This document shows, piece after piece, positions 59,291 through 64,000 of a stretch of DNA of 64,000 nucleotides. The DNA comes from the human T2T-CHM13v2.0 reference genome, Homo sapiens. The stretch lies in NCBI RefSeq assembly GCF_009914755.1, contig NC_060936.1; one strand, 5' to 3'. Within the stretch, counting starts at the first letter, position 1. Every line of letters begins with the position of its first letter. The notes under the pieces were generated by a model that did no database searches, was not told the origin of the DNA, and saw only the letters and a program-made list of their open reading frames with translations. The position numbers were made by a program, and so were the translations under genes.

Positions 59291-59566
59291 TAGGAAGGAA
59301 GCTGCCCTAAGAGCTCAGGCTCAGACACCGCACCACGGACTAGCAGGGGAAACAAAGGTCTTAGGTCCCTCTCAGGGCTCACAGTCATGAGGCTCAGAAA
59401 CAGCTGGGGAAAGTGGGGCGTGCCTCCCTCCCCGCCACAGGGAGGATCACCAGACTGGCTCCATGAGCCATTTCCCTCATCTGGTGAGCAAGGGAAGTCA
59501 CTCAGAAGAGCAAGAATGGCCCAGCCACCCAGCACGGTGGCTCACACCTGTAATCCCAGCATTTTA

Positions 59567-59949
<383 letters not shown>

Positions 59950-60233
59950 TCAAAAAAAATAAATTAATTAATTATCTGGGCTTGGTGGCGCATGCCTATA
60001 GTCACAGATATTTTGGGGGGCTGAAGCAGGAGGATTGCTTGAGTTCAGAAGGTCGAGGCTACAGTGAGCCGAGATGGTGCCACTGCACTCCAGCCTGGGT
60101 GACAGAGCAAGACCCTGTTTCAAAAAAAAAAAAAAAAAGCGAGTAGAAAATGCCAGGGGCAGTTGGGCACAGTGGCTTACGCCTCTAATCCTAGCACTTT
60201 GGGAGGCCAAGGCGGGTGGATCACCTGAGGTCA

Positions 60234-60648
<415 letters not shown>

Positions 60649-61679
60649 CTAGCTGTTCCCTCAACCCCATTTCTTGGGACTTGCAGCCTCAAATACCAAG
60701 GAAGAGAGAGGAGGAATGAATATTTATTGAGTACCCAAACAAGACAAGGCCAGACATTTCATTTCTATTGTTACCCTTAATTGTCCCAACATGCTGCAAA
60801 GTGCACGACACTATCCTCAAGCAGATGAAGACTCAGTCAAGAGGTTGTGGGACATGCTGGACATGATGCGGGTAGTAGCCGGCAGAGAGGCATTTGGACC
60901 ACCAACCTGTCTGGTTGTGAAAGTCAAGCTCTCTCCACCTATCCCAGGATCCTCCTGTCTCAGTGGGTTTGGGCCCTGGAACCACCCTTCAGTTCCAGGT
61001 CAAGACTGCTCCCTTCATAGCGACATCTTTCCCTCACTGTTTCTCCCCTTGCCTGGTATCTGAGAAATTCCTTTTATAGGTCTTGCCCTTCCCTGGCTAC
61101 ATAGACTGAGAGTCAGAAAACCTCAGTAGTCAGCACTCAAACCTTACACCTAACAATTTACATAATATCTGATTTCAGAAATTAGCTTTACCTCAGATCA
61201 AAATTAATCCTCTAAATCACAGATCACGTAAAATCACAAGTGTGACAAGTCCCAAAAAAGAAAGTGTGACCAGGCTCACGCCTTGTAATCCCAGCACTTC
61301 GGGAGGCAAAGGTGGGAGGATTGCTTGAGCCCAGGAATTTAAGGCCAGCCTGGGCTACATAGCAAGACTTTGTCTCTACAAAAAGATAACAAATAAAAAA
61401 AAAAATTAGCCAGGTGTGGTCCCAGCTACTCGAGAGGCTGAGGCAAGAGGATTGCTTGAGCCCAGGAGATTGAGGCTATATTGAGCTGTGTTGCCACTGC
61501 ACTCCAACCTAGGCAACAGAGGGAGACCCTGTCTCAAACAAACAAACAAACAAAAAAAGAGGCTGGGCATGGTGGCTCACGCCTATAATCCCAGCACTTT
61601 GGGAGGCCGAGGCAGGCGGATCACGAGGTCAGGAGATTGAGACCATCCTGATGAACACGGTGAAACCCTGTCTCTACTA

Positions 61680-61943
<264 letters not shown>

Positions 61944-62857
61944 TTATCCCCAAGAAAAGAACATGAAAACTGGTCTCAAGCCAGTGACATCCCTGGGGCG
62001 TCTGACAAAAGCAACTGCAAAAACACTGAAGGGACATGTACTCAACCCAACCACCAAGGTGGCCCACAGAAAAAGCCTGTTGAATATGCACTTTCTTTCC
62101 CTCTCTCTCTCTCTTTAATGGAGATGGGGTCACACTCCGTCACCGGCACTGGAGTACAGTGGGGTCTCACTGTGTTGCCCAGGCTGGTCTCAAACTCCTG
62201 GCCTCAAGCCATCCTCCTGCCTCAGCCTCCCCAAGTGCTGAGATTATGGTGTGAGCCACTGTGATGGGCTTGAAGATGCACTTTTGATTCAAAATTAGAA
62301 AACACACCTGAAACAGTCTGACCTAGAGAAACTTTTTCATCTAAGTCAGTCATAAAAATCAAATATTTGTGCTTAGACTCAGATCAATCTATATAAAGTG
62401 TTGAGGAAAGTTTTTTAATAACAAAACACATTAAATCATATTGCTCTTACTAAATATATTACTGTTAATGTTTTATTATATTGTGGAAAATTTTGTTACC
62501 TATTAATATTTTAATGAGAGCAACTAGATCTTTTATGTTGCAAATAAGTAAATGTGATATCTTTAAAAATTGTTTTTCCTATCCTTATCTCATTGTTTTT
62601 ATTTTACTTTTATTATTTTGTTGTTGTTGCCCACACTGGTCTCAAACTCCTGAGCTCATCGATCCTCCCACCTCAGCTTCCCAAAGTGCTGGGATTACAG
62701 GCATGAGCCACTGCATCTAGCCAATCTCATCCTTTTTATGTTTCTGTATGTGACTATGTAATTCGATCTCATCCTTTAGAACTTTAGAATGTCTACATAT
62801 ACTTACATAGAACCTATTTGAGTATATAATATATGATTAATTTATTTAAAATATTGT

Positions 62858-63535
62858 GGGGAGTCGAGCCAGCGTCGCCGCAGTGATGTCGTTGGAGAGC
62901 AAGCAATTCCTGACGGAGCTGACCAGACTCTACCAGAAGTGCCGGACGTTGGGCAGCGTCTATATCACCTTGAAGAAGTATGATGGTCGAACCAAACCCA
63001 TTCCAAAGAAAGGTTCTGTGGAGGGCTTTGAGCCCTCAGACAACAAGTGTCTGTTAAGAGCTATCGATGGGAAAAAGAAGATGAGCACTGTGGTGAACTC
63101 CAAGGAAGTGAGTAAGTTTCAGATGGCTTATTCAAACCTACTGAGAGCTAACATGGACGGGCTGAGAAGAGGGACAAAAAGAGCAAAAGGAAAAAGACCA
63201 AAGCAGCAGCACAGTAAAGGGCACAAATTCCCTGCTTTCACCAATTAACCACTGAATTGCTATTTTTTCCTTTGGTTTTTACTTTTGGCCACATAGCTAG
63301 GTTTCTGGTTCCCCCACAGTAGGTGTTTTCACATAAGATTAGGGTCCTCTTGGAAAGAATAGTTGCCATGTTTACAGGGTAGTTGTGGTAAGAATCTAGT
63401 TTATTTTACATGTGACTAATTGGTCTGTGCTGCATGGTTATATACTCCTGGATTATAGATTAGAAGTCTCCGAAGTCACCTCTGTGAAAAGCAAGCTATC
63501 ATTAAACATGTCTGTTTATCAATCAATCAATAAAT
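62858..63535 (+). pseudogene. SRP14P1: Processed SRP14 pseudogene (probably SRP14P1)
   Basis: Intronless LESKQFLTELTRLYQKCRTLGSVYITLKKYDGRTKPIPKKG.... It has a 3' UTR with ATTAAA 63501-63506, a decayed tail (AATC/AAAT)n, and a TSD AAAATATTGT at 62848-62857 and 63536-63545 at a TT/AAAA site. A 1-nt deletion lies at ~63165. Confidence 0.92.
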
Positions 63536-63714
63536 AAAATATTGTTTATTTGGGGATACATGCTGAAAATCATTTTATTGATGGGGTACAAAATAAAAAA
63601 AAAAAGCAGAGACTACTGAATTAGAAATATACATTTTTTCAGGCACAGATGGAACATTTACAACCACATACTAGGCCATAGAGCAAATCTCAAACAAATG
63701 CCAGAGGATTCATA

Positions 63715-64000
63715 TGTATTCATTTTCTACAGCTGCTACAACAAATTACCACAAACTTAGTGGTTGAAAACAACCCAAATGTATTATGTTACAGCTCTAC
63801 AGGTCAGAAGTCTAAAACAGGCCTCACCAGGCTACAATCAGTGATGGCAGGTACAGCTGCCCCTGGAGGCTGAAGGGTCAAATCCATCTCCTTGCCCCTT
63901 CCAGCTTCTAGAAGCCGCCCACATACTGAGGCTCATGGCCTTCTTCTTCCAACTTCAAAGTCAGCAACATCTTGATCCTTCTCATGCAGCTGCCTCTCTG
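63715..64000 (-). mobile_element. MLT1C/D-like MaLR LTR (truncated by the window end)
   Basis: TGTATTCATTTTCT...AACAAATTACCACAAACTTAGTGG...CCTTCCAGCTTCTAGAAGCCGCCCACAT. Confidence 0.8.

Overview
Primate (apparently human, 12p13.31-type) genomic DNA. The first ~1.4 kb is 5' regulatory sequence of the minus-strand SCNN1A gene, with a canonical GRE at 376-390 and a short upstream coding exon (MSSIK). The complete 10-exon LTBR gene lies on + (CDS 8421-15002). Its exons join through GT-AG sites into 1308 nt (435 aa + stop), with a CpG-island promoter and AATAAA at 15612. The remaining ~48 kb is intergenic and repeat-dense: roughly 60 Alus, fragmented old L1s, two TSD-bounded solo LTRs, MLT1, MER20, MER44 and MER63-like elements, and two processed pseudogenes (RPL31, SRP14). 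Almost all ORFs in the track are Alu, L1 or GC artefacts. I found no convincing new protein-coding system. The most notable observations are structural: two ~70-95 bp templated copies taken from ~1-1.4 kb away; a TSD-bounded ~3.2 kb composite insertion in an L1; an Alu-mediated 188-bp triplication; an L1-born minisatellite split by an Alu; an in-frame stop-free LTBR intron 7; an SRP14 retrocopy lacking the human poly-Ala tail; and a candidate spliced unit just downstream of LTBR. Repeat family names are by eye, without RepeatMasker.
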